DNA of 25,364 bases from a virus (Duplodnaviria > Caudoviricetes). This document shows, piece after piece, positions 1 through 10,200 of this stretch. Positions within the stretch are counted from its first letter, which is position 1; every line of letters starts with the position of its first letter. The notes below the pieces were generated by a model. The model saw only the letters and a program-made list of their open reading frames with translations, did not search any database and had not been told where the DNA came from. The stretch covers positions 1 to 25,364 of IMG/VR virus record IMGVR_UViG_3300011429_000016. One strand, written 5' to 3'. The translations under genes were made by a program, and so were the position numbers.

Positions 1-30
1 CCTCCCTAGTCCGCTCTTTTCTTTCCTCGC

Positions 31-351
31 TCATTTTCTGATCCTCGCTATCTCAACTCGTATATCCTGAACTATGATCTCGATACGGTCTACGTCCTTC
101 CTGATCTCGACTACCTGAGCATCACGGGTTTTCACCAGCAGTTCGCGCTCGCTCTTGAAAGCGATGAGCCTCTCATCCATTCGAGCTACCGTAATCTGCG
201 AGGTAGCAACTGCCGTAACGATAGCAACCACTGCGATCTTGACCCACTCCTGCAAGGGTAATGCATTCTTAACAAAAGCACCTGCTGCCAGCATGCTGTG
301 CCAGTGCTGTAGAAACTCGTCAAGCCATTGCCCGAATTGACCGTTAATCAT
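31..351 (-). CDS. Small membrane protein (hydrophobic segment + C-terminal coiled coil); holin-like, possible first gene of lysis module
   Basis: 106-aa ORF with hydrophobic stretch WVKIAVVAIVTAVATSQITV followed by a charged heptad-like tail; SD AGGAGG overlaps the upstream TAG stop; lies after tail-fibre genes; a further SD-like GGGAGG at positions 1-6 (minus strand) points to a next gene outside the window. Confidence 0.5.
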   Translation of the reverse strand: MINGQFGQWLDEFLQHWHSMLAAGAFVKNALPLQEWVKIAVVAIVTAVATSQITVARMDERLIAFKSERELLVKTRDAQVVEIRKDVDRIEIIVQDIRVEIARIRK

Positions 352-362
352 TTTTCGCCCTC

Positions 363-758
363 CTAGAGTATGCGTAGGATTACAACACGCACTAGCCTCT
401 TGAGGATTGCGATCACAGCTGCAGCGCTAGTAACGTTCGAGTCCCACCAGGCCTCGAACTCGGTATTGCTCATCGCCTTGAGTTGGGTTAAAACGGAGTC
501 GCCAGCTATCGCTGAGCGAAATGAGTTCCGCCTATCAATCTCCGCTTGCTCAACTGGGGTAGGCGGAATAACCGCAAGCGGATCTTCGATGTCGTAGGCC
601 TCCCCCGTTGAGGCCAAACGCTCGATGAAATCTGCCTCTCGAGGAGCTGGTACTCCGACCGTGCCGCCGTGAGCTGTCCTAGCGTCCTTAAACGCTTGGA
701 CTCGAGTTTGTAGCTCGGCCAACGTACCAGCAAATAGGGTTCTTGGAACTGTGATCAT
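363..758 (-). CDS. Hypothetical protein, possibly tail-fibre assembly/chaperone
   Basis: 131-aa ORF with SD AGGAG just upstream; immediately downstream of the tail-collar fibre gene; function from position only. Confidence 0.5.
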   Translation of the reverse strand: MITVPRTLFAGTLAELQTRVQAFKDARTAHGGTVGVPAPREADFIERLASTGEAYDIEDPLAVIPPTPVEQAEIDRRNSFRSAIAGDSVLTQLKAMSNTEFEAWWDSNVTSAAAVIAILKRLVRVVILRIL

Positions 759-768
759 AAGCTTCTCC

Positions 769-1893
769 TTAGATATCGCCGAGCCAGCGGATCATCTTAG
801 TCACCACCATCGACGGCTGCATGTTGTTGTGCGCTCCGCCTCCGCCCTCAGCGTCCGTCAAACCGCCAGTCTGGTTGTTAGCGGAACTTCCAGCTGAGGT
901 AGTACCGGACGCTCCTCCCGCACCAAGGCTGCTGGAATTTTGATCGTGAGTGTGTGCAGGTATTTCCCCTGTAGTGAGCGTGTGTGTTTCAGCTCCACCC
1001 GTATTGCCGACTGCATTACCGAGTGTGCCAGTACTAGAGCCGCCTGAGCCTACTGCGACGCGTCGACGGGAGTCTGGCAAACCGAACGTAGTTGAGCCGT
1101 CGCCTACACCCCAGATCGTGCCTACTTTGGCGAACAGCTTGGCGTAGGTAGTACGGCTGACGTTCGCGCCGTCCTCACCGAAGTAGCCATAAGCTATGAC
1201 GCCCCCCATATAGGTGGCCTCCTCTCCTACCCGCTCCAGATGGAATGGGCGAGTCTTGACCTCCGTCGGGGTTGAAGCCCAGGTACCAGCGGTTGTCTGG
1301 TTACTCCAAGCGATAGCGACTAACCTTCCTGCGACGTTACTACGGGCAGTCGCGGAGTACATCACGTCCGCGTTGTCCGCCCCGCCGGCGCCGCCCTCGG
1401 CCGCGGTGGTGTAGATCCCGCTCTCGCCCTGGAAAGTGCCGGCCACCGCGAGTTCCTGCGCGCCCGCATTGTCGAGGAGGTAAATGTAGATCGGGCACAG
1501 CCGCGCGCTGGTGTGGCCGAGCGTGGAACCGGAGCTCACCACCAATGCGAAGTCGGCTGTGACTTTGCGTGTAGTATGTCCGGCGTCTGTTATGGACGAC
1601 GATCTCTGTGCTATAAATCCGGGGTTGTCTGCTGAGAAGGCGGATCCTACCTTATCCCTCATCGTGATAGTCAGCGCGCTGCTGGCTGCCGCGAAAGTGG
1701 GCTTCATGTTGTACAAAGCCGTTGGATCCTGGAGTTTCAAAGCAACGAATACATCCTCAGGGTTGCCGGACGTACCAAGTAGACCTGTAGCCCAGTCCCA
1801 GAGCTTTCCGATGCCGCCCTTGAATACGGTATTCGTCGGATTCGGATAGGTGTTATTTAGTTCTGTTCTTGCTGGAGGCGCTGCGTAGCTCAT
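769..1893 (-). CDS. Tail fibre protein with phage tail-collar domain
   Basis: Tail-collar motif DGANVSRTTYAKLFAKVGTIWGVGDGSTTFGLPDSRRR, then GGAETHTLTTGEIPAHTH and GGGGAHNNMQPSMVVTKMI, typical of short fibre/collar proteins; directly after the J-like gene. Confidence 0.8.
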   Translation of the reverse strand: MSYAAPPARTELNNTYPNPTNTVFKGGIGKLWDWATGLLGTSGNPEDVFVALKLQDPTALYNMKPTFAAASSALTITMRDKVGSAFSADNPGFIAQRSSSITDAGHTTRKVTADFALVVSSGSTLGHTSARLCPIYIYLLDNAGAQELAVAGTFQGESGIYTTAAEGGAGGADNADVMYSATARSNVAGRLVAIAWSNQTTAGTWASTPTEVKTRPFHLERVGEEATYMGGVIAYGYFGEDGANVSRTTYAKLFAKVGTIWGVGDGSTTFGLPDSRRRVAVGSGGSSTGTLGNAVGNTGGAETHTLTTGEIPAHTHDQNSSSLGAGGASGTTSAGSSANNQTGGLTDAEGGGGAHNNMQPSMVVTKMIRWLGDI

Positions 1894-1894
1894 G

Positions 1895-4800
1895 TCAGTA
1901 TCCTTTTACTAAAAGGTCAACTAGACCATTAACCGATACTTGATCCGCGTCTATACATTCGACTAACGGACCGGGAGTTATCTGTTTGTCGATCCACCTC
2001 GCCGATACGGCGGCTCCGCCATCATCTTCAAGGGTGATCTGTATGTTCTTGATTACGGTAAAATCCTTGACTAGGGGGGGCCTAGTACCAGGTGCTGTTA
2101 CAACTAGGTCGTTGACTATCTCCTCCATATCCGGAGCGTCTACAAGGATCTTGAACTGGTCTATGACTCCTTGAATATAGGATTCCGCTAGACTTATCCG
2201 GAACTGAAAAGCCCCAGCAGAGGCAGGAAGCGAACCCAACCAAGTGCTGTAGTTGGGTGGAGCATCGTAAAAAGGATCCCCTCCGTTTATGCTATAGAAG
2301 GAATCGTCGTCCGAACCGTAAAAAGTGCCCTGTCCCATATCGCGATAGTCAATACGGAGTCCTTGCCCCTCAATGACGTAGTCCAGAGTAAGTAAGCTGC
2401 CTTCGAACAGTACGTCGATAGCGAACTCCTCCGTCTCATAAGACATGGCAGTAAATAGATCCTGCTTGTAGAAAGGATCGTTTTCTAAGCCGTACATGGA
2501 TACAGACTCATCCTCATTGTAAAAGGATGTAGATCCGCCTGCTTCGAGATTACTACCTACCTCCGTCCCCCCTATCAAAGTGCCTGGCCATGACAAGGCT
2601 TCAAAGTCTATTGTCTCCACGATATTGGCTACGTCAGGATCTCCTAACCCCACTACGAGATACGAGGGGGTGGGACTCTCTAGGCCGGCCGCATCCACGG
2701 CCACTATCATGAAGGATACTACTCCCTGCGGCAGAGAAGGGAATGCAGTCGGAGAGTTAGTAAGCAGGCCAGAATGCAAGACGTGCGCATCTCCCCATGA
2801 TAGGTTACTACCGTAATGGAATTTGATGCGATATCCTACTACGTCGACTTCTTGTCCTGTGTCCTTCCAGTAGAAAGTTCGATCCCGGATTTCAAACCCC
2901 CGAACCTCTGAGGGAGGATGGAGCCCGGCAAAATCAATTTTGCGGGCTACAGAGGCTGAGGAGAAGGTATCTAGTCGGCCCGATCCTGAGTGTGCATGAA
3001 CTTCAACATCAACCCACGACCCGTCAGATACTATGAACTCGAAGCTTCTGGTTAAGGTACGTCCGGTAATTTGATCATGCGGACCTCCGTCGATAGACGC
3101 ATGAACATCCGAATACGAGTAGGTGCCTGTTACATCCCAGGTAACTATGACCTTGACTAAGTAGCCTGTCAAGTGCTGTCGTACCCCTTCCTCAGTCAGA
3201 GTCAGGTTACTAATTACAGGAGGGGCACCAAATACCTGGCTCGGAGGGGTATACAAGAAGGGGCCGTTCTCCGACAAGTAGTATGCCTCTGTCTCATCCA
3301 GAGCTGTTAGCTCAATGGAGTTGTAGGACGTCGGCTTGATAGACTCGATCTTTACCTTCTTGGTAGGTAGTGCCGCAAGACTATATAGCCACTTGTAGTC
3401 GTAAGGAACGTGATCGGGATCGGCTCCCGGGTCGAATGTTAGAGGGGTTACTAGATCCAGCGTGTTGGAAGTAAGAGCCCCCGGCTGTACAGCATGCGTA
3501 CTAAAGGACCCATCAGGCCTAACGATAGTGATGTATGTTCCGGCGGAGTCCAAGGGGACCTTTCTCTCCAGCTTCAATTGACTAGATGTGCAGCCTTCTA
3601 TCAGTCTTCCCGAATAGTCTGAGCTTGCTAGGTCGTGTGTAAAGTACCCCACATCTCCGCGAGATACCGGCATGCCCTCCCAATCCATCTTCCAGGTATA
3701 ACGACGTATACGATGGATATTGGCAGCGGCATATAAGTTGGTAATCCGTCCGGCTAGATCCTTATCGGTACAGCCGAATAGCGAAATAGTCTTGGATCTA
3801 ATGGGATCAGTGACGTCAGGCGCGAGAACCCTAACTACGTCTTGCTGCCAATCCAGATCAGGATTTACGAAGGCGGCAACCAACTCATCGGCCAAATTCT
3901 CCGTCAGGTAAGCGATCTCGAAGCTATCCCTCTGGATATTGCTCATGGAGAATACACATGTAGCCGGTACGTCTGGGGCGTCCCATACTACTTCTAGCTT
4001 GCCGGATCCGTTAGTTACGGACCCCCGGCCCATAAGCGCAATAGCGTTTAGCATGTCCAGAACCGATAACTGCTGGTCAAATACCCCGTTGAAGGTAAGT
4101 TCTTGAGCAGTACACCAGGATCCGAAGTCCTTGATGTTGTCGATGCCGATACGAGAATCAGGGAGAGCGCCTCCCCATAGCCTTCTGTTGCCTAATGTCT
4201 TGCCTCTGGCAGCTTGAAGAACCCACCAAGCAGGATTAGACGTCTGCTGAGTGGCCCAGGCAATGCCCGTCCAGACTAGCGTCTTAGCTCTGGCAATGAA
4301 ATTGAACTGATCTATGACCCCCTGTAACTGTCCTGAGGCCTTGATCCGTAATGCTAGTCGTTGGCGGCCGTTGTAGTCAGCTTCGTCCGGCTGATAGGTT
4401 CGCAGCTGGGACCAAATGATATCAGCGACGGAGGTGTTGCTATCGACTACGTCTGCCGTTGTTTTCCTCGTCCTGACTTCGTACTGACCCTTAGCTACAT
4501 TCCAAAGGTAGGTACGACGTAGGGGCGCCCGTGATGCGCTAAAGACTGTTACTAATCCAGGTATTACACTGCCCACAGTAATGTTAGCATCCGACGAAGA
4601 TACGATCGGTAGGCTGGAGGTAGTTACCTGCACTACAATAGACTGAGTATTATTAGGCCCGTATAGCACCAGTGTGTAGCTATTGGCTCCGGTAAGACTT
4701 ACAGGTGGGCCGGCTGTAGATCCTGGAGGCGTCCATGTTAAGGAGTCGGGGACGTTAGACTCAGCATCTTCTCCGGTTCCCTGAGTAGCATGATAGTAAG

Positions 4801-5914
4801 ACAGATTGCCGTTACTACCTACAGGACAATTACCCGAAGCGTGCAGAATAACTACACCTGTGACGTTAGTTGGTTGCTGGGTTATAGCACGACGAGTTCC
4901 TGCTCCGAACTGAGCCTCTGGGAGTCTAGCGACCCCGTTTACAGGAGGGAACGCAACTTCTTCATCAGACGCGAAGTTTAGATCTATCCAAGTTCCCGAC
5001 CCTACTAGGCGGTACTGAATTTCTAGGTCTATTAGGCCTTGTCCAATCCCGTTAGGACCGGCAGTAAATAGTGTACCCACTACCTCCAAAGCTAGGGATG
5101 TAGCGTTAATACTGGAGGTACGAAGAATCCAGCTGGCCGCGCTCGTGAGAGCCGATCCGGGAATTGTATCGACGTTTCCAGGAAAAAGAGCCAAGACGCC
5201 ATCGGTTCCGGATACCTCTAACTCGACGCCGGTATAAGAGTCAAGAGGTGTAGAACCTATCTTAAAGTCGTTCAGGTCTAGATCGTTGTATCCGCAGTCG
5301 AATACCATACTGAGGTACTGATCCTCCCCAACGAACTCCGTATAGGGCTTAGCACCCAGATCTGGGAAGTATCGGTGCGTCCCCATAATAACAGGTAGGG
5401 GCTCGAAAGGCCGCGTCCTATTGGATCCCCCCGTAATATCGTACGTGGGGCTAGTCGTATCCTGATTAGCTGCGTCATTAAGCATGTTCGGGTTGGGTAT
5501 CGGTAGGAGCGCGTTTATCGCCATATTGCCTACCACTATCACACCCGCCTGCGCTACGTAGCCGGCTACTGCGGTATACTCTCCACCTACGTAGACACCA
5601 GTATAGTATGCTATGATTAGGACGATAATCATAAGCACGACTCTACCGGCTTTATTTCCGCTACCGCCTCCGTGAACAACTGCCTGTATTCGTATGAGTG
5701 TTCCAGGCTTCGGCCAGCAACGATACCACATTGCTTGGGGGATACGAACGCCATTGATAGTAGCTATCACCGGCCTGTTGCGTATCTTCTGTCTTATCCC
5801 GGTGCGATCGAAGTACTCCCCTAGCGATTCTCCCGGTAGGACGGAGTCGTAAATCATCTCCCTACCCCTACTGGAGATCAAGGGGTGAGGACAAAATACG
5901 GTAGGCAGATTCAT
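1895..5914 (-). CDS. Central tail tip / host-specificity protein (lambda gpJ-like) with fused N-terminal gpI-like region
   Basis: Motifs GGSNRTRPFEPLPVIMG, TSNPAWW, FVNPDLDWQQD, FN3-like C-terminal domains; start moved from 5950 to ATG at 5914 (MNLPTVFCPHP), which forms an ATGA overlap with the NlpC/P60 stop at 5911; ~1339 aa. Confidence 0.85.
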   Translation of the reverse strand: MNLPTVFCPHPLISSRGREMIYDSVLPGESLGEYFDRTGIRQKIRNRPVIATINGVRIPQAMWYRCWPKPGTLIRIQAVVHGGGSGNKAGRVVLMIIVLIIAYYTGVYVGGEYTAVAGYVAQAGVIVVGNMAINALLPIPNPNMLNDAANQDTTSPTYDITGGSNRTRPFEPLPVIMGTHRYFPDLGAKPYTEFVGEDQYLSMVFDCGYNDLDLNDFKIGSTPLDSYTGVELEVSGTDGVLALFPGNVDTIPGSALTSAASWILRTSSINATSLALEVVGTLFTAGPNGIGQGLIDLEIQYRLVGSGTWIDLNFASDEEVAFPPVNGVARLPEAQFGAGTRRAITQQPTNVTGVVILHASGNCPVGSNGNLSYYHATQGTGEDAESNVPDSLTWTPPGSTAGPPVSLTGANSYTLVLYGPNNTQSIVVQVTTSSLPIVSSSDANITVGSVIPGLVTVFSASRAPLRRTYLWNVAKGQYEVRTRKTTADVVDSNTSVADIIWSQLRTYQPDEADYNGRQRLALRIKASGQLQGVIDQFNFIARAKTLVWTGIAWATQQTSNPAWWVLQAARGKTLGNRRLWGGALPDSRIGIDNIKDFGSWCTAQELTFNGVFDQQLSVLDMLNAIALMGRGSVTNGSGKLEVVWDAPDVPATCVFSMSNIQRDSFEIAYLTENLADELVAAFVNPDLDWQQDVVRVLAPDVTDPIRSKTISLFGCTDKDLAGRITNLYAAANIHRIRRYTWKMDWEGMPVSRGDVGYFTHDLASSDYSGRLIEGCTSSQLKLERKVPLDSAGTYITIVRPDGSFSTHAVQPGALTSNTLDLVTPLTFDPGADPDHVPYDYKWLYSLAALPTKKVKIESIKPTSYNSIELTALDETEAYYLSENGPFLYTPPSQVFGAPPVISNLTLTEEGVRQHLTGYLVKVIVTWDVTGTYSYSDVHASIDGGPHDQITGRTLTRSFEFIVSDGSWVDVEVHAHSGSGRLDTFSSASVARKIDFAGLHPPSEVRGFEIRDRTFYWKDTGQEVDVVGYRIKFHYGSNLSWGDAHVLHSGLLTNSPTAFPSLPQGVVSFMIVAVDAAGLESPTPSYLVVGLGDPDVANIVETIDFEALSWPGTLIGGTEVGSNLEAGGSTSFYNEDESVSMYGLENDPFYKQDLFTAMSYETEEFAIDVLFEGSLLTLDYVIEGQGLRIDYRDMGQGTFYGSDDDSFYSINGGDPFYDAPPNYSTWLGSLPASAGAFQFRISLAESYIQGVIDQFKILVDAPDMEEIVNDLVVTAPGTRPPLVKDFTVIKNIQITLEDDGGAAVSARWIDKQITPGPLVECIDADQVSVNGLVDLLVKGY

Positions 5915-6333
5915 ATCCACTTGTAGTATCCCTCGACTGTCCATCCCCACTTATATAGATCCCTAATCCTGTGCCGGGCTACGCCGCCTTGGTATCCCGG
6001 AGCCTCGGGCCCCTCCTTTACTTGAGCATTATGTAAGATCCAGTCCTCCTCGTTAATCCGACATAGGATACCGATATGCTGCGAACGGCCCCTAGTGACT
6101 AGTAGGACAGCGTCGCCATCCTGTGGACTGTCTGTTGGGGTAGCATAATCCAGTTTAGCTTCTTGTATCTGCCGCATTCTGGCGAGGGCACTCGATGACA
6201 TGTCAACCGGTAGGCTGATATCCTGATTGAATATCTCCTTGCGCACCCTCACCGCTAAATGGGCACAGTTAAAGGTCTTGACGTTGTAGGGCAACCCCAA
6301 ATACCTTTCTGACCAGTGGACTGTTATAGGCAT
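5911..6333 (-). CDS. NlpC/P60-family tail tip assembly protein (gpK-like, no JAB domain)
   Basis: YLGLPY..FNCAHL (catalytic Cys), GDAVLL...HIGI...ILHN (His pair); position between L-like and J-like genes. Confidence 0.85.
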   Translation of the reverse strand: MPITVHWSERYLGLPYNVKTFNCAHLAVRVRKEIFNQDISLPVDMSSSALARMRQIQEAKLDYATPTDSPQDGDAVLLVTRGRSQHIGILCRINEEDWILHNAQVKEGPEAPGYQGGVARHRIRDLYKWGWTVEGYYKWI

Positions 6334-6866
6334 CAGAATATCGCCGGTGTGTTGTCGGGTCGATAGGAGATAGCCAAGGCCGGCAGATTCAAGGTGTCTT
6401 CATATCCCAGCTCACCCGAAATAGTTGTTTTGGTCTGACGAACCTTCAGCAAGTCTAGAGTGACGTCCTCCTCTATGACGTTAGGGGTATCACGCATAAT
6501 CTGCATTAGTCTTACACGTGCGCCCTTACCCCCTCCGCTAGCGTCGATCCACTGGGTTAGCTCTCGGCCGACGTTGTCTATCTGGATGCCTGCACGAGGG
6601 AGTTCCCCCTCGATGTCAGTAGGAAGCTGGATATCGAACGGAACTGCAAGGAACAGACTTCCGTTGGACACTATGTCCTGATTGTCCCTTACAACTCTGA
6701 CGGGCTGTGCTAGTTGAGGATGCGTAATCTCCAGCAAGTAGACCGGCTCTTCTCCCGAAGTTGACCCTGTCCGCTCTTTGAAGTGCGGCGTATACTGCTT
6801 ACCTCCCCCAATAGGAGATAGACCTGTGAGCCTGAGAGAGCCTACTCCGACTGCAATAATAGGCAT
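6333..6866 (-). CDS. DUF1833-family tail tip protein (gpL position)
   Basis: LLEITHPQLAQPVRVVRDNQDI...F.AVPFDIQLP...IQIDNVGREL and C-terminal YRPDNTPAIF are characteristic; carries an unusual ~22-aa N-terminal extension. Confidence 0.8.
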   Translation of the reverse strand: MPIIAVGVGSLRLTGLSPIGGGKQYTPHFKERTGSTSGEEPVYLLEITHPQLAQPVRVVRDNQDIVSNGSLFLAVPFDIQLPTDIEGELPRAGIQIDNVGRELTQWIDASGGGKGARVRLMQIMRDTPNVIEEDVTLDLLKVRQTKTTISGELGYEDTLNLPALAISYRPDNTPAIF

Positions 6867-6867
6867 G

Positions 6868-7227
6868 TCAGCCGCTCCACACTTCGATGCTCATCCGGAT
6901 CTTCCAGAAGGCTGGGGTACCGTCAGCGGGCTCCTCGCTATCGAGTGCGCTAACGATCCGGGCGCTCTTCAGTATGCCGTCTATAGGATCCGTCCAATCG
7001 AACCAGTCGGCTCCATAATTGATCGTATCCTGAAACCAGGTGATGAAGCTGTTGTAGTCAGCCAGAGTCGCTAGCTTGTACACCGTACTACGTGTCAGCA
7101 GAACACGGGAGCGAGACTTAAGCTGCTTGACCGGGCCGCTCTCCATCTCACTGCGCTCTAAAGCAGAGGCACGCCTGGAGGTTACCCCCTCTGATAGTAA
7201 GCTGGCGTAGGCAGGAAAAGTAGCCAT
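6868..7227 (-). CDS. Distal tail protein (gpM-like)
   Basis: 119 aa directly after tape measure; RSEMESGPVKQ and F.TWFQDTINYGADWFDWTDP motifs. Confidence 0.75.
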   Translation of the reverse strand: MATFPAYASLLSEGVTSRRASALERSEMESGPVKQLKSRSRVLLTRSTVYKLATLADYNSFITWFQDTINYGADWFDWTDPIDGILKSARIVSALDSEEPADGTPAFWKIRMSIEVWSG

Positions 7228-7228
7228 A

Positions 7229-10200
7229 TTAAGTCGGAGCCGCTAGCATGGATCGCATATTCTGGCGTAGTCTGGAGTCCCGTGACATCTTGGATATCAG
7301 TACATCCACTACCCAGCCCTGCGCATCCATTCGAGGCTGCCCGCTGTTCTCCGCTTTCAGAGGTTCACCCGATTGGTTGATGACATTCACAGTCACAGAG
7401 GGTGCTCCGCCAGCGGGCGCAAGACTCTTCATCTGAGCCTCCGTAAATACCCCCTCGCCGCGCTTTAAGATGGCTGGCATCTCGCCCGCACCCAATCGAC
7501 CCCCATGATAACGAGGAGCCGAGTTAAACAGGGAGGAGCTTACAGCGCGAGTCTGCATGGCAGAACCCATGATACCGCCGCCATGGCCGATGTTAGCAGT
7601 TGTAGGGATGTCTCCAGCTCCCGCTCCAGTACCGCTAGTACCCCCGCTATAAAACTGCAGCATCTTCATCACGGCGTCGCCGATCAAGCCCTGACTACCT
7701 GTACTACCTCCGCTGTAGATATCTCCGAACAGAGCCTGGAATAGGGGGCGTAGGAGCTGGACCTTGAACATATAGGCCAGTAAGTCACGGCCAGCCGAAG
7801 CAAACAAGTCGCTGAAGCTGAGCTTTCCGGTTTCCGTAGCTGTCACAAGTGCTCGGGCGAGATCGTCTTCAATGGTGGTGACCATCTTCTTGATCTCACC
7901 GTGCAACGTCTTGACTCTTGCCAGCTCGCGCTCTTCGGTCTTGAGCTGATCCCACAGCTCCTTATACCGAGCAAGGCCAGCATTAACGCCTTCCTGGCTG
8001 ACCGTAGTCTCCTCAAGTATCCCTCTAAGCTTGGTTAGCTTAACTTGTAACTGTTCCTGCTCCCTGAGGCGCTCAGGGTTGACACCGAGTAACTCCTGTT
8101 GGACGCCGCGGAGACGAGCGGTGAGTTCGTAGAACATCTCCCCTTCTTGTTGCGCGGCCTTCGTGAAATCCTGCATCTTCTGCGTTATCGTCTGGGTTGA
8201 ATCCTGACTACGACCCATCTGTAAGAATAGCGCGACGAGCTGGTCTTTGAGATTAGCACCGGCAAATCCTGCTGCAGTAAGCTCAGCCCGGATCTTAGAT
8301 AAGTTGCCAGCCTTCTTTGGCAACTCAGCCATTAAGTCGCCTGCCTTATCCATGGCGACAGCTAAGCGTACGGCATCTTGATCTACCACAGTCGCCTTCA
8401 GTACGTTGGCGAGCTTTTCGTTTTCCCGGATCGCCTTCTGAACCTTCTCTATCCAGTTGTCGAAGGCTTTGTTACCTAACTCTCCTTGCAATCCAAAGTC
8501 CTTAGTCTTGACTCGATTGACGGCTTCCAGCGTAGTAGCTAGCTCCTCTTGCAGCTTCCGAAGGGCATCGATCCGAGCTTGCAGAGCTTTAGTCTCGGGA
8601 TCCTCCGCAGCCACAGTAGGTGCCGTAGCAGCTGCAGCCCCGCGTCGACCGAACAAGTTACGCTGCATGAAAGGCTCGCCGCCTAGAGACTGGACTCTTG
8701 TCCTCTGGTTATACTCCTCGATGAGCTTCTGCACTTCTAACTGGAGTTGTAGACCTTGGATTTCCCGCGATATATTCTCGAGTCGCTCGTTCGTGGCATC
8801 CTTCACTATCTTAGCCGTACGAACGTGCGCAAAGCCCAACTCCTCAGTGGTCTTGATCCACTGGTTAGTATTATCGATAAAAGCCCGCGTATCCGTGCTA
8901 ACCAGATCGATTTCCGTACGGAAGGCCTTATAGGCGATAGTAGCGCCACCGACCATCAAGCCTATACGGAGGAGAGCCTGTAGAAGGGCTCCGATGCCGG
9001 TAAAAGAAAGTGCTGCGCCTACCCCAAGTAGGGCCCCCCACAGACCTATTAGAGCCGTTCGAAGAGACATGACGATGGTAGTGACCGTTCCTATGACTAC
9101 CCAGCTTGCTAGAGCGCCCCCGAAGGCGGCCACAACGGCGAGGATCTGATTCATGTTGTCGGCGAAGTACCGCATAGTATCCGCGAGTGACACGACGACT
9201 GCCCTAACTGCTGTTGAAATCCTAGTGGTCTCATCGAAGGCTTTATTGAATAGAAACACGGCTGTTCCCAGCCTCTGGAACTCAGCCTGCAATGAAGCCG
9301 CGCCGGCTACAGAACCTGGAGAGAATGTTTGTCTGAGGATGGTCGAGAACTTGGGTAAGAAGTCCTTGGTTATTAGTTCACCGGCCTCCATCATCCTCAT
9401 TAGTTCGCTAGTCGTCTTACCCATTGCGATCGCCGCTAGTCCAACTGCATCAGGAATTACTTGCCCCAACTGGAGCTTCATTTCCTGTGACTGAACAACG
9501 CTCTTGCCGATCATTTGCTCTAGAGCGAGGAAGGCTCTACCTGTTTTATCGGCATCCCAACGCAGAGCGGCACCAGTTATCATGACGCTTTCGAAGATGT
9601 CCCGCTGCTCTTCGAGAGCGAATCCCGATAGGCGTGCGGCTGTTGCGAAGCTAGCGTAAGGTGCTACTAGACCCTTAACGTTCTGGCCTAACTTATCAGC
9701 CTGCCCTAGAACATACTTGAACTCATCCCCAACTAACGCAGAGGAACCTGAAGCGGACAGCAGGAGGGCATTGAACCTCTCCATTTCCATTGTAGCTCGA
9801 ACGCCTGCAGCTCCAATCAGACCTACTACCGTAGCTACGCCTACGACTCCGGCTACAAACAGCGCCGCTTGCGCCGTCGTGGACTCGAATAGAGAAGCCA
9901 GCACAGCCATGCGGGCACCAACACCACTTAGGGGGCCAACAGCTAGGATGGTGGCCCTGCTAAGGTTGTGGAAGGCGTTTGCCATTACCGAGGCGCCTTC
10001 CATAACCCTCATATTGCGAGACAGCAGACTGAGTTCAGCGTTCAGGGCATTCTGTGCCACCCTAAGATTCTGGGTGCTTAAGGTCCCACGCTTCAAGGTA
10101 GATTCGAAGGTATTTAAAGCGGCAGTGGCTCTAGTCGTGAACTCCGCCGGAGCCCCTCGGATTTGGAAGGCAGCCGCCATATCGGCTGTTCGTTGCTGTG

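Noticed and set aside
769-1893. Diversity-generating retroelement or invertible fibre cassette
   Set aside because: No reverse transcriptase, invertase or template/variable repeat pair seen in the window
5915-5950. Upstream start of the J-like ORF
   Set aside because: Lies inside the NlpC/P60 gene; ATG 5914 gives a typical ATGA coupling
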